Shown piece after piece: positions 27,487 through 39,789 of a DNA stretch of 64,000 bases (within the stretch, counting starts at the first letter, position 1; every line of letters starts with the position of its first letter). The position numbers and the translations under genes were made by a program. Under the pieces are notes generated by a model. It had not been told where the DNA came from and searched no databases. It saw nothing but the letters and a program-made list of their open reading frames with translations. The DNA comes from Phoronis australis (lineage: Eukaryota > Animalia > Phoronida): the NCBI GenBank assembly GCA_002633005.1, contig NMRA01000156.1, positions 394,469-458,468 of the forward strand, written 5' to 3'.

Positions 27487-30400
27487 ATGCGGCACTTTCT
27501 GCACTTCCGCTTATTGCTAAAGAAACATTTCATCCTTATGAAGAGAGCACCGTTCCAAACAGCATTCGAGATCATCCTGCCCGTCATTTTGTTCGCCCTC
27601 GTTTGCGCTCGCTTTGACAGTGGTCCAACATACAGGGACGGGGAATTCTACGACGCTACTGCAGATTTGCTGGAAAGGGTGCCTATATCAATGGAGGATC
27701 TGCGTGCCAAATTAGCTCGATATCAATTTCCGTATTTTCCGTCCAACAATATGACTGATAGGGTAATGAATGAATTTAAGTCCTTGTTGCGTCAGGACAG
27801 AGGTGGTGTTAAACCAACGTCTTCGAAGGAAGAATTTGTCATTGCATTGAAAAACAAAAGCACAATGTATTCCATGGGCATCGAGTTTACTACTATTGAT
27901 GAAACTACTCAGAATATACCGAAGAAAATTGGATATAAAATCAGAGTGTTCTCTGACGAGGGTGACGATTGGCATCTTCGCAGTGTCTATCCTGAGCGCA
28001 GAAGGTATTCACACTTAAGTGGGAATCCCTACATGAGAGGTGGTGCTGGTGTTGAGTTTGTGGGAGCACAAATACACTTGAATTTGGCTATTGCGATTGC
28101 AGCGTTCAAGCGTGGGAACGTTGCTTCAAGGATGCAACACTGTGTCGAAACACTGGGAAAAATGAATTATGAGTTCAGAGCTTTCCCCTACGCACGCCCG
28201 GATGCAGGTTGTGAGGAAGTCCTCGTCACAACCCAGTCTCGCTTGTTCTTACTTCTCTACGTATCTTACATCTTTGTAGTACCTATCATCATCAATCAAA
28301 TTTTGAAAGAGAAGGAAACCAAGGTGCGTGAAGTGCTAAAGATGATGGGTGTTCGCAACTGGATAATTTGGATGTCTTGGTTTTTCCGCATGTTTTTTGT
28401 ACAGGTTGCGGTCATGGGGCTGATCACAGTTCTTTTGACTGTACGCTTTTCCTCAAATTTCCACAAATTGAAGCATTCAGACCCATTCATGATATTTCTA
28501 TTCTTAATCTTATACGCGATGAGCACAGTATCATTCAGCTTTTGCATATCCGTATTCTTCAATAGTCCAAGAAGAGGGGCGATTTTTGGAATGATACTTT
28601 TTGCAAGCACTATCGGTGCTCCACTGGCCGTGAAAAATGATGCTTCGTTGAATATACTGTTTTCACTGTTTCAAAATCTTCCCATGGCTAGGGGTTTCTT
28701 TATGATCGGCATTTTCGAAGACAGACAGGAAGGAATTCAATGGAGCAACTACGACCAACTTCCGGACGTTGATGCAAGACACATGATGACCTTTGACACT
28801 GTTTTGCTGATGTTAGTCTTTGACACTTTACTCTATGGTCTAATCACGTGGTACATCGATGCCGTATTTCCCGGAGAGTATGGCATACCACAAAAGTGGT
28901 ATTTCCTGTGTCAGCCTTCTTACTGGTGCAATATCAAACACGAAAAAGAAACCTCCGTACAAAAACCGGTCGAAGAAAATCCAAACTTTTTTGAGCAGGA
29001 GCCAAGCGGTCTAAACGCTGGCGTTCGAGCGTTTAATATTCGAAAGGAGTTTACGTCACAAGGAGCACGAATCGTTGCCATTGCTGGGACATCCCTGAAT
29101 GCGTATGAAGGGCAAGTGACCTGCTTACTTGGCCACAATGGCGCCGGAAAAACGATGTTTCTGTCGGTTATTACAGGTTTTCTTCCGGCGACAAGCGGTG
29201 AAGTTTTTGTAAACGAGCACTCTATCAGAACTGACCTAGATAAAGTTCGAGACAGTCTCGGTATTTGTCCTCAACATGACATTTTGTTCAGTAACTTAAC
29301 AGTTTATGAACATCTTGAGTTCTTTGCCGGTATTAAAGGATGTCCCAGTCGATGGATATCGAGCGAAGCACAGAAGTGGCTGCTAGAAGTTGGTCTCTCC
29401 TCAAAGAAAAACGCAAGAGCCAAGACGCTGTCCGGGGGTATGAAGAGAAAGTTGTCTGTCGCCTGTTGTCTGATAGCCGATTCAAAAGTTGTCATCCTTG
29501 ATGAACCGTCAGCAGGTATAGACCCACAGGCGCGGTCGGAAATATGGGACATACTCAAGCGACATAAGGAGAACAGAACGGTTCTCTTGACAACACATTA
29601 CATGGAAGAGGCTGACCTGCTTTCTGACAGAATAGCAATTATGGCCGAAGGAGTGATCAAGTGTTGCGGCAGCTCACTCTTCCTGAAAACAAAATTTGGT
29701 GCCGGATACCATCTGACCGTGGTCACTTTACCCGGTTGCGCAGTGGACAAAATTACTTCTGTGATTAAAACTTATGTCCCCACGGTGCTGGTTAATGCTG
29801 AGTTGAGTGGCGACCTATATTATACTCTGCCAAATGAAAGTAGGTGCCATTTCGGCGCCCTTTTTACGGAACTAGAGGAAAACAAGGCCTCACTGGGTAT
29901 CGACAGCTTTGGAGTGTCCATCACTACCCTTGAGGACGTTTTCATCAAGGTTGGTGAGGGTCTGAGCAACGACGTCATCAAAAGTAACTCCTCTCTTGGA
30001 CAGCCAATCCGAAGTAATGGAATTCTGACTACCGAGGCCCCAGTTGTTGAAATCGAGACGAACCTTGATACTGTCAAACCCGAGAGCATTCCAAGTGGTG
30101 ACAACAGTATAGGACAGCATGTGCCCCCGTTAGACATAGTTCAACATAACAACACGTTTGTCCAAAGTAGCGAGGAAGGGTGCTCCCTGGTGTTGCAGCA
30201 GTTTTGGGCCCTCTTAATTAAGCGTGTTACTGGAATGACCGGAAGCAAATTTTTAACGCTTTTTCAGCTCTTCGCTCCGATGTTGATAGCATTGATGGCT
30301 GCTTTAGCTGCATTGGCTTTAAAGGAAACGGCTGATGTAGATCTTTCCATACGGAGATTAGATTTTCCTGCCGACTTTCCAAAAGCTGTACTTCCATACG

Positions 30401-32670
30401 GCGTGTTCTCGACCGCTGAGCCACGTAACTCGACCAAAATAATGCTGGAATGCACTGGAATGTTGATCGAGAACTACAAAGCACTGTTACACAGGAAATG
30501 GGGCATACGTGTACAAAAGCAAACTGTTGTAGGTGGCATTAGAAAGCATCTTGCTTCTCTAGTTCGAGCCGATGCAAAGAAGGTGCAGAATGACTTCATC
30601 ATCGGCCAATTTTACGAAGTTGATCATAACCAAAGCAAAGTGATATCACACACGATCTATAACGAGTTACCATATCACACGTTTGAACACGCCGTCAACG
30701 CCCTCGGCACAATGATACTGCAATCAGTTGTCGACGAAAATATTAGCATAGAAGTTTATAACCAGCCATTTTGGGAGAGACGGAAAAACGCTGATGTCTC
30801 CGGGCGGCAGTCGATGATCATGAAGAATTTATTGGTTGCATCTGGTATTGCATTCGGCTTGTGTTTGTTAACGACTTCTTTTCTGGTGTTTCCAATGCGA
30901 GAGAGTACAACAGGTTTTAAGCAAATCCAGGTGATCAGCGGCCTAGATACATGGTTGTACTGGGGATCGTGTTTTTTCTCGGACCTAATAGTATTTGCAC
31001 TGAGCTCTGCATTAGTCGTCATAGTCATTGTCTGCACTGAAAGTCATGATTTTCGCATTGTTCTCACGTACCTGATTCCACTATTTGCAATGTACGGATG
31101 GACTGCAACGACATTCTCTTATGTTTGCTCATATCTCAGCAATGACGCAACGCAAACTTCGATACGACTTACGCTCATTTATCTAATCCTTCTCGTGATG
31201 TCCACTTTTATGAGTAGTGACATTAGTTTTACCTTCTCAAAGAACTCCCTCAGAGGGGATGATTTCCAAGATTACGGTCGAATTCTTTCATATATCTTTC
31301 CAATCTTCAATTTAGTGGAGGCCATGCTACGTTTGAAAACAAACCACATCAACAGAGCAATCTGTCTGCCGTTTAATTCTCTGTGTCAATCTGCAAAAGA
31401 TATGGATATGAACAGAACCGTTATGACTTGCTGTCCTAACGCATGTCCAAAGGAAGGAAAATGTCTCCGTTTCGTGATAAACGACTTGAGTTTAGAAGAA
31501 CCTGGTATCGGCCAAAATTTGCTTGCTTTTCTGGGGCACGCACTAATCTATATTTTTATTACATACGCGTTAGAAACAAAACTAGTGAGAAAATGCGCGC
31601 AACCTCGAGACGTCCCTCCTTCTCATTCAGATACAGAAGACAGCGACGTAAAAAAGGAACGCGAACGCCTCAGGGGAGCAAAGGCAGCATCCGAAGTTAT
31701 CGTCGTGCGGGATCTTGTTAAAGTGTTTGGGAACTTCAAGGCTGTTGATGGTCTTTCATTCGGTATTTCTCCGAAGGAATGTTTCGGGTTGCTTGGAGTT
31801 AACGGCGCGGGAAAGACCACAGCGTTCAAATTGATAACTGATCAATTACTGCCAACGAGTGGCTCTATAATTCTTAGCAGGTGCACTTTTGGTCTCTGTC
31901 CACAATTTGGTGGACTTTTGGATGAACTCACAGTTAAAGAGACTTTAAAATTCATGGCACGAATTCGAGGGATCGAGAATCACTAGATTCAACAAGTGGT
32001 TAACGACCTGGCTAAAGACCTTTTACTCGACGAGCATATGCTTAAGCGTGTAGGTCATCTCAGCGGTGGAAACAAACGTAAGGTAAGTACAGCGCTGGCT
32101 GTGCTAGGAAATCCATCGCTTATTATTCTTGACGAGCCCACGTGCGGTATTGACCCTGTTGCCAGAAGACAGTTGTGGAACGTATTGGAGAAGGTGCGAC
32201 GGAATGGCTCGACACTCATCTTGACGTCGCACAACATGGAGGAGTGCGAAGCACTGTGCTCTCGTGTGGGCATTATGGTTAACGGAGCTCTTCGTTGTAT
32301 CGGCACAACACAGCACTTGAAGAATAAGTTCAGCGAGGGCTGCACGATTGTCGCGAGGCTGGCCGAGTGTGAATCGTCAACGGACTACGTCGCTAAGCTC
32401 GTGTCCATTCTCGCAGCGGAGTATCCAAGCGGGATTCTCAAAAGTTCTGAAAACAACGTCGTGGTCTACCAATTACCCGGTGACACTGCCAATTGGGCAA
32501 GCGTCTTCAAGTTCATGGAGCAATCACTTGAAACATGCCACATCGACGACTACTCCGTCAGTCAGACCACCCTTGACCAGGTGTTCAACTATTTTGCATT
32601 GTCCCAAACACAGCCAGTACTCTTGCCCTCAAGCTGTAAGGATGTGCTTTGTGGCTGTTACTCTTATTAA
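27487..32670 (+). CDS. ABCA3-like: ABC transporter subfamily A full transporter, intronless, with a single in-frame TAG at 31984-31986 (recent pseudogene, null allele or base error)
   Basis: N-terminal LLLKKHFILMKR, EKETKVREVLKMMG, PGEYGIPQKWYF; NBD1 GHNGAGKT / LSGGMKRKL / ILDEPSAGIDP / TTHYMEEAD; NBD2 GLLGVNGAGKTT / LSGGNKRK / ILDEPTCGIDP / TSHNMEECE; DYSVSQTTLDQVF. ORFs 27487-31986 and 31996-32670 share a frame. Confidence 0.95.
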
Positions 32671-33224
32671 AGAGGAATTGGTATTACCACAAACCTCACG
32701 TTATATTCGTTTCTAAAGACGTTTCAAGTTATTTTTCGGATGGATTTAACTATTTATTCACGTCTCCTATCGCTTTGCCTAGCGTTATTTTAGTTTAAAT
32801 CCCGAGTCAGTGGAATTTGGATCTTATTATTTGCCACCTAGGACCAGTTTCACATAACTTTCCGTTTCTAAACTCAGATCGCAAGTTAAGATCAAATTGT
32901 CTTAGCTTCGTCTTATGAAATTTCTTAAGGTCTAACTCAAGACTGTAATCGGTCTAATTCATAAGACCGAAGTTTAGCCTGATACGGAGTAGAGTTAATG
33001 GCCAAATTTTACGACTACCATGACTGTGACCTGTTGAGAAGCAAATTTCGTTGATATTTTTTCACAATCTCGTGCCTCTAAATAGCGTCATATTGAAGAG
33101 CGCCTTCTTAGAATTAGAGAACCGACAATCTTACTTTAACTCATAGACGCAATGCAGTGCGAATTACGTGCACATGTTTCTATACCGCCATCAACTTATA
33201 ATGTATGCTAAATTGTTTGGCGGA

Positions 33225-33300
33225 AATTTGCAAATCATGGGCATGCAAGTAAACTTGAAGAAAACCAAGGTGATCGTTTTCAAAAATGGCGGTCGTGCAG
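33225..33300 (+). mobile_element. Very small non-LTR retrotransposon RT fragment
   Basis: GMQVNLKKTKVIVFKNGG resembles the LINE RT motif G(L/M)xxNxxKT. Confidence 0.45.
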
Positions 33301-34189
33301 CTTCTAAATTTGAATCTCTTATCAGAACTCCAGTTACACTGCTTCTAAAATTCTAACATTCTGTAAATAAATCCCAATTTAGAGTTTCAAGACCAAGATT
33401 CTTCTTGTCAGAGCACGAACATGGGACTTCAGCACTGGTATTTAATTAGAGGGCGCTGCGGTCGAAAAGAACAAAACGTCCGGTATTACAAATGTTGTGG
33501 CCGACAGACGCCGCGTGTTTGAAGACCTGGTTAAGAAAATGGTCGAACTGTTTCGTTTTTGAAACCCTTAAAGACTTGTAGAATGAAACGCGTATATTGT
33601 TCTCTGTCATGTCGTTTAAAAATATCCTCAAGGTAATTCAGTCGTGTTATTGGTTTTTAGTGCCAGAACCGTCTTCAGCTGAATTCCCGCGTTTACGGAG
33701 TTTTTGCTACAAATAGTATTTGTGTGTTTCTAAATTCAGCATCGAACGAATCGACTAATAAACATAAGCTCAAGTATTTAACCGACAAAAATGAATTTGT
33801 AACAACATTTAACAATAAATATTTGTGTAATTTACACAACTTTGTTCCTGTAGGAAGGGCCAAAGCTAGGTAACATTCAAATATCATTTGCAAATTCGGA
33901 GTGTCAAAAACTTGCTATCACTATTGCAACAAATCAAAACTACATTTTGACACAACTTCTAAACATACTTACGATTATGAAAGTAGGCGTGTACATCAAC
34001 TCCTAATGTCCAATTCTCTCCTGCAGTGTCTGACCGTGCTCAAGCTAAACAAAACGGATAGGTTGTAAATGTCACAAATACATACACAAAACGTACCAAG
34101 AGTGGCGTAGATAAAGAAGTATCCCACGAGACATTATTCCGCGTATCGATCGCGACCGAAATTTGTAAGTATTTGTATTGGTGTATTAA

Positions 34190-37080
34190 AGTGACAAGTA
34201 CAATTTATTCAAACAGTTACAGGTGTAAAATTCGTAAAAAAATAGTACCCAACCCAGTTGGTCTTAGTAATCACTTTAAGCTCACAAATAAGATGTACCA
34301 TAAAGGTGACGGTTCAAAAGCAGATTTGATATAGTTGGCGAATTGCCTAGGAAAATACTGAAACCGCAGTTTTAACGGTTTTAATCTTCTGAAATCTGAA
34401 AAGTTCGGGACTTGAGGTGAAATATTATGCCCTTTAATAGACCTTCGCGAGTCATAGAGAGAACAATGAAACAAAAATATAGCTCGTCCACAACAGAGCC
34501 AGAATCACAACACAAGCACAGTCTTTCACTTAAAGGAATGTTTACATAACGACTAGTCTCTAAGTGCAATGGGAGATTGCCTGCTCTAAACTGAGCCAAA
34601 AGAGATCGCTCGGAACGAGACAAATTAAGCTTCAAATACGGTTCAGTTAAAAACTCATGCATAAATAAAACGTAGGTTCTTAACTTGGGTTTTGTTAAAC
34701 AGGCTCAGCCCAAACATGTTTCGAGTATTCAAATACAATTTGTTTCTAACATCTACATGCACTATATTACAAGTAGTCAAATTTTGAAAACAGGATTGCA
34801 TGCCAATTATGTTTACCAGATTTTTGATACGGTCTAACCAACCATTTCTACCAACTGGGTACTTCCGTAGCTGTACCATTTTCATTAACCTGTCACCACC
34901 TGTGGTCACAAAATTGTTCCACAATTTAAATCTGCTTCCGTCGAGTCCCACCCCACGAGTGGCTGTAAATCGGTTGACGCCTAGATAAAAACGCATAGCT
35001 CTGTTTATAATATTTTCGTCACTACCAAAACACTTGTCGCCCCAAACAGATGTGACCCGTAATCCAAAACTGGTGCCACTCACATATTAAATAATGTTTC
35101 CTACATTCTTGTTAACACGGAATGTTGAGCATATTTTACCTAACGATCTACGATCTACATATGATAAAATGTCAACCTGACGGACACCATTTTCAGGAGT
35201 GCCATTTAATTATATTCATTTCAACGGACTTCAGCGGTAAACCACACGAATTGCATCATACATTTTACGATTAATATCATTTTGCAACAATTTATAAAAC
35301 AGAAGTTCGTGGTTTGTCCAGTCAAAAGCTTTTTTCATGTTCACAACTGCAACAAATGCAGAAAGGTTAGACGATTTTCTTGTTTGAATAATTGATAACA
35401 GGACATATGTAAGTGATCAATACCGGACCGTTGGCTTCGAAAACCATTTTGTTCGTCAACTAAAATATTGTTCTGCTTACAGAAACCCACAATTCTATTA
35501 TTCAACACAATACTGAAAAGTTTATAAATATTTGAAAGAAGACTAATCCCACGATAGTTCAAAGATATTTTTGGGTCGTCTGTAGAATTCCTAGGTATCG
35601 GGCTTATAACTGCCTTAAGCCAATCAGAAGGCATTAGACCACGTTTAAAGATTCCTTAAACAACTGGGTTAGAAAAACAACAATAGTTTCGAATCCTAAC
35701 ACTTCAGATGGTATACAGTCATAGCCGACGGATTTGTTAATGTTTGTCTTCTTAACAACATTTCTAACCTCATCAATAGAGATTTCACAATTTGAGCCAT
35801 GATTAGTTATATCAGAACAATCATGTTTTAGCTGCTTGCGCAAATTCAAGGTTTCCAAAAAAGTTCATCATCAAATAGTGCCTATTCAAAACTGCATCTA
35901 AATAATTGTTCGTAATCATTTTCAATCTATGTAAAACAAAATTCCTATCAGAGTTTATTTTATTATTTGAATCCAAGACTTCCAGGGGAAATCACAAAAC
36001 AGTTTTGGTCCAAGTTTTTCAATATATGCCCAGAAGTCCTTAGAATTTTCAGTAATCAGATTCTCAATTTCAATATGAACCCTCAACTGGTGTCAACGTT
36101 CCGCGCATTTACGTTTTTTGCCAAGTTTATATTGAGCAGACAGAAATAATTGTTTGTAATGTGACTATTTCCCGCGTCCTCTTTGACTTCTTGAAAGTTG
36201 TTTCTCAATGTACTTTAAATTTTTCCACAAATCGTTAAGTTCCGAATTCCAATAAGGCTGATTCCCTTTAAAATAGTTTCTTAGTTTACGACTCGGATAA
36301 TAATCCTTGAAATCCAGCAAGGAGTCCATTTCCTTAAAAAATAGGTCAACAAGTGATTGATACACTATAACAAGTCCGTTCTGATGTTGATAGGATAATA
36401 ATAATGAATAAATTAAAGAAAAAAATTCTTCATTAATTGTCACGGTATTATTTAATTCTGCCGGGATATAGGAGGTGTCATGTCTGCGTTTTTTCGACAG
36501 AGTTTTTGAATCTAAAGGTCTGACGATACCATGTAAACACAGACCATGCGAAATTACCTTAAGACAAAAACAGATTGATCAGGTGCTTTACACCTTGGCC
36601 CACACAATGCGTGGATATCTAACATATCAATAATATTAGAAGTCTTAATAACAAAAAATTATTTTGGTCAGTTAAAATATAATCTGCAACAGCATTTCCT
36701 CTACATAAGACAGGGGTAAGGTGTCAAATTCTGGAGTATTTTTGTTATTAACTTTAGCCAATTCACAAAGACAATTAAAAATGACGGAATCGAATTGTCC
36801 AAAAGTGTATGATCGGTCTAGGGCCTACTTCGTCAATAATATGAATGGAATCTAGTTTGTTGCCCGGTCTTGCGTTAAAGTCGCGTGTATAAATTACAAA
36901 ACAATTTTCAGACATAATATTTGTAAACTTTAAGCCTAGAATGCCACAATCAAAGGACTTATCAATAGCACTTCTATCAAATTTATCAAACATACTGTGT
37001 CTTATAAACATACCAGCAGATTTTCACAGTTTCAACCGATAAATCGGTGTCCTTCAACTTGAATGATGTCGCTAGAACAT
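34190..37080 (-). mobile_element. Decayed non-LTR retrotransposon ORF2 (RTE-X/CR1-like)
   Basis: APE relics (DFNAR, ADYIL); RT KAVISPIPR..NYRGISLLSNIYKLF, DEQNGFR; C-terminal LAQFRAGNLPLHLETSRY..RLCLCC Cys knuckle; AATAAA on the minus strand near 34205; many frameshifts and an internal RT deletion. Confidence 0.9.
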
Positions 37081-37289
37081 TGTCAGAATAAATATTGATT
37101 AAGTTATTAGTAAGAATAGATCCATTTTAAGTTGCCCAAAATTTGTGCATATGTACTTTTAAATCATGGGGTCAGACTTGTTGACATGTATTTTAACGTC
37201 AAAATCTATTTTTAGATGGTGTTTACAACTTTGGGTTCTGGGGTCAAAGTACTCTAGAGATTCTAGAATATTCTGAGAACAAATTGTAA

Positions 37290-37911
37290 NNNNNNNNNNN
37301 NNNNNNNNNNNNNNNNNNNNNNNNNNNNNNNNNNNNNNNNNNNNNNNNNNNNNNNNNNNNNNNNNNNNNNNNNNNNNNNNNNNNNNNNNNNNNNNNNNNN
37401 NNNNNNNNNNNNNNNNNNNNNNNNNNNNNNNNNNNNNNNNNNNNNNNNNNNNNNNNNNNNNNNNNNNNNNNNNNNNNNNNNNNNNNNNNNNNNNNNNNNN
37501 NNNNNNNNNNNNNNNNNNNNNNNNNNNNNNNNNNNNNNNNNNNNNNNNNNNNNNNNNNNNNNNNNNNNNNNNNNNNNNNNNNNNNNNNNNNNNNNNNNNN
37601 NNNNNNNNNNNNNNNNNNNNNNNNNNNNNNNNNNNNNNNNNNNNNNNNNNNNNNNNNNNNNNNNNNNNNNNNNNNNNNNNNNNNNNNNNNNNNNNNNNNN
37701 NNNNNNNNNNNNNNNNNNNNNNNNNNNNNNNNNNNNNNNNNNNNNNNNNNNNNNNNNNNNNNNNNNNNNNNNNNNNNNNNNNNNNNNNNNNNNNNNNNNN
37801 NNNNNNNNNNNNNNNNNNNNNNNNNNNNNNNNNNNNNNNNNNNNNNNNNNNNNNNNNNNNNNNNNNNNNNNNNNNNNNNNNNNNNNNNNNNNNNNNNNNN
37901 NNNNNNNNNNN
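37290..37911. other. Assembly gap
   Basis: Run of N. Confidence 1.
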
Positions 37912-37959
37912 ATTTTAAGCATCTTTAGGAGAATTATTGCAAAGCCCATAGAAAATGTG

Positions 37960-39125
37960 TTTAACGCTGAGAATCACAGTTGTCTAACGGTTGACACATC
38001 AGAATACTTGCTGATTGAAAAGGTCAAATTTTCAGAAGAAAAATGCACCTAATGACCCCATGTTTGCACTAAATGACCTGAAACTTTGCATTCCGATTTG
38101 ATTTACCTGTGGCAATCAGACCTGTCGATATGAAGTGTCTAGTTCAAAATTTTAATTTGCACCTAATGACCTTTGACCTATTTCACCTGATTGGATGACC
38201 CGATTACTTAGAAAAGTAATTTTTTAAATTGTCATATTGACATATACCTGTGCACCGAATTTGAAAAAGATAGCTTTAAAACTGAAGGAGGAGTAGCATT
38301 TAAAAAATGATATGACCTTTGCACCAAATTTTCCCTTCCGGTGCAATATGGAATATGATTATTTAACCAATCAAAATTTATATACTGTCGAAAGTCATAT
38401 GCTGAATTTAAAGACCGTACCTGCACCCAATTTGGAGTTATTAAGCCTCAAAGTTGGTCGGAAGAAGAATAAGAAGAACTAGAAAGGTTATTGTCACGGC
38501 GTGACAATAACGGACTCTGCGCGTGCATATTAAAGGAATTGTTATGGGAAGTTACTGACAGCAACCCGGTTACCAATATGAAAATGAATTCTTTAAAATT
38601 GTAGGAGAAATTACATGTTAATATTTTGATGACCTTTCCACTAACTGATCTCTTCCCGTGCATTATGAACCCCGATGAGGGAATAATTGTAAAACCAATT
38701 TAAAGTGTGGTTAATGCTAAGAATCACATATGTTTTACTTTAAGCACGTAAGAATACAACATGAATGAATTGGTCAAACTTTCAGAACAAAATTGCACCT
38801 AATGACCCCATGGGTGCACCAAATGACCCCAAAAATTGAAAATTCAAACTCAATCACATTCAGTAAACAGATATGTAATTTTGAAGTCTCTAGCTCAAAA
38901 TTTTAATTTTGCACCCAATGACCTTTGACCTATTTTTTGTGATTGGTTAGGCCTACTGCGTAATTAAGTAGGTTGTTCAATTGGCATGTTGACTTACATT
39001 AGTGTGCTGAAATTGAAAAGAATTCCTTGCACCTAATGACCTATTAAGCCTCAAAGTTGGTCGGAAGAAGAATAAGAAGAAGAATAAGAAGAATAAGAAT
39101 AAAATTGAAGAAAACCCAGGAACAA
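37960..39125 (+). repeat. Two tandem related units ending in an AAG/AAGAAT microsatellite (Helentron/HINE-like); related opposite-strand sequence at ~11340-11830
   Basis: ggtcaaa(t/c)tttcagaa..aaa.tgcacctaatgaccccatg, gacctttgacc and attaagcctcaaagttggtcggaagaagaataagaagaa each occur twice (38020-38480, 38770-39080). Confidence 0.6.
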
Positions 39126-39789
39126 CAATTAGTAATTAGTAAATTGCTAGTTTTCATAAAACACTATTATAGCTTTTGGTAGGTTGTGGGGCTGTGAGCA
39201 AGTCGCGTAATGCGAACACGTACTGTGCGTCTCACCGGCAGAATGCGGTGTTACTTTGGTTTTATGACTTTTACTGTTTCTGACACCACTGCTCAAAACA
39301 AAGGCAATTTGTTATTTACGGTGGCCGGGACTACCGCAGCGGTCTCAGCTACGATGCCTACTTATCCGAACTGGAAAGCGGGAGGTAGGGGTTGGTAAAA
39401 ACGAAGAACCAATGTCTTGCTCGGGCAGCTACAAGCTAAGTGACTTGCTTAGTGCTTCACAAAGTCCAGTTTGAGGAACTGATATGTTCATTTATTTTAC
39501 TTTCCGAAAAATCTACTGAAATGTTCATGATACCTCTAATAGTGAGTGAAACATTCCAAGTTGGCCAAAAATGTCTGCTTACGCTGCTTAGTACAATCTA
39601 AAAACTAAAGGTTTTAAAGGATAGTTGAACAAATTACGCTTGATTCCCTCCTTACCTACAGATGGGCTTTGCCAACAGAAGGTGAATACATTTTCGTAGA
39701 CATTTTATGAAATTATTTTTGCGGAATCTCTATGCATTCTGACCAGGCCCGTAGGAATCATTGAAAGGTTACAGAAAAATTCATAAACA

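Noticed and set aside
31933-31986. 54-nt GT..AG mini-intron that would skip the ABCA stop in frame
   Set aside because: Weak donor (GTTAAA), no pyrimidine tract, and it would delete the conserved VKETL..ARIRG segment
27712-32345. Antisense and alternate-frame ORFs over the ABCA gene
   Set aside because: Shadows of a long coding sequence, with no motifs
31996-32670. 224-aa ORF as a separate ABC ATPase gene
   Set aside because: Same frame as the upstream ORF, GTG start, no Walker A; it is the ABCA C-terminus
27487-32670. Bacterial horizontal transfer as the reason for no introns
   Set aside because: Architecture and motifs are those of eukaryotic full-length ABCA proteins
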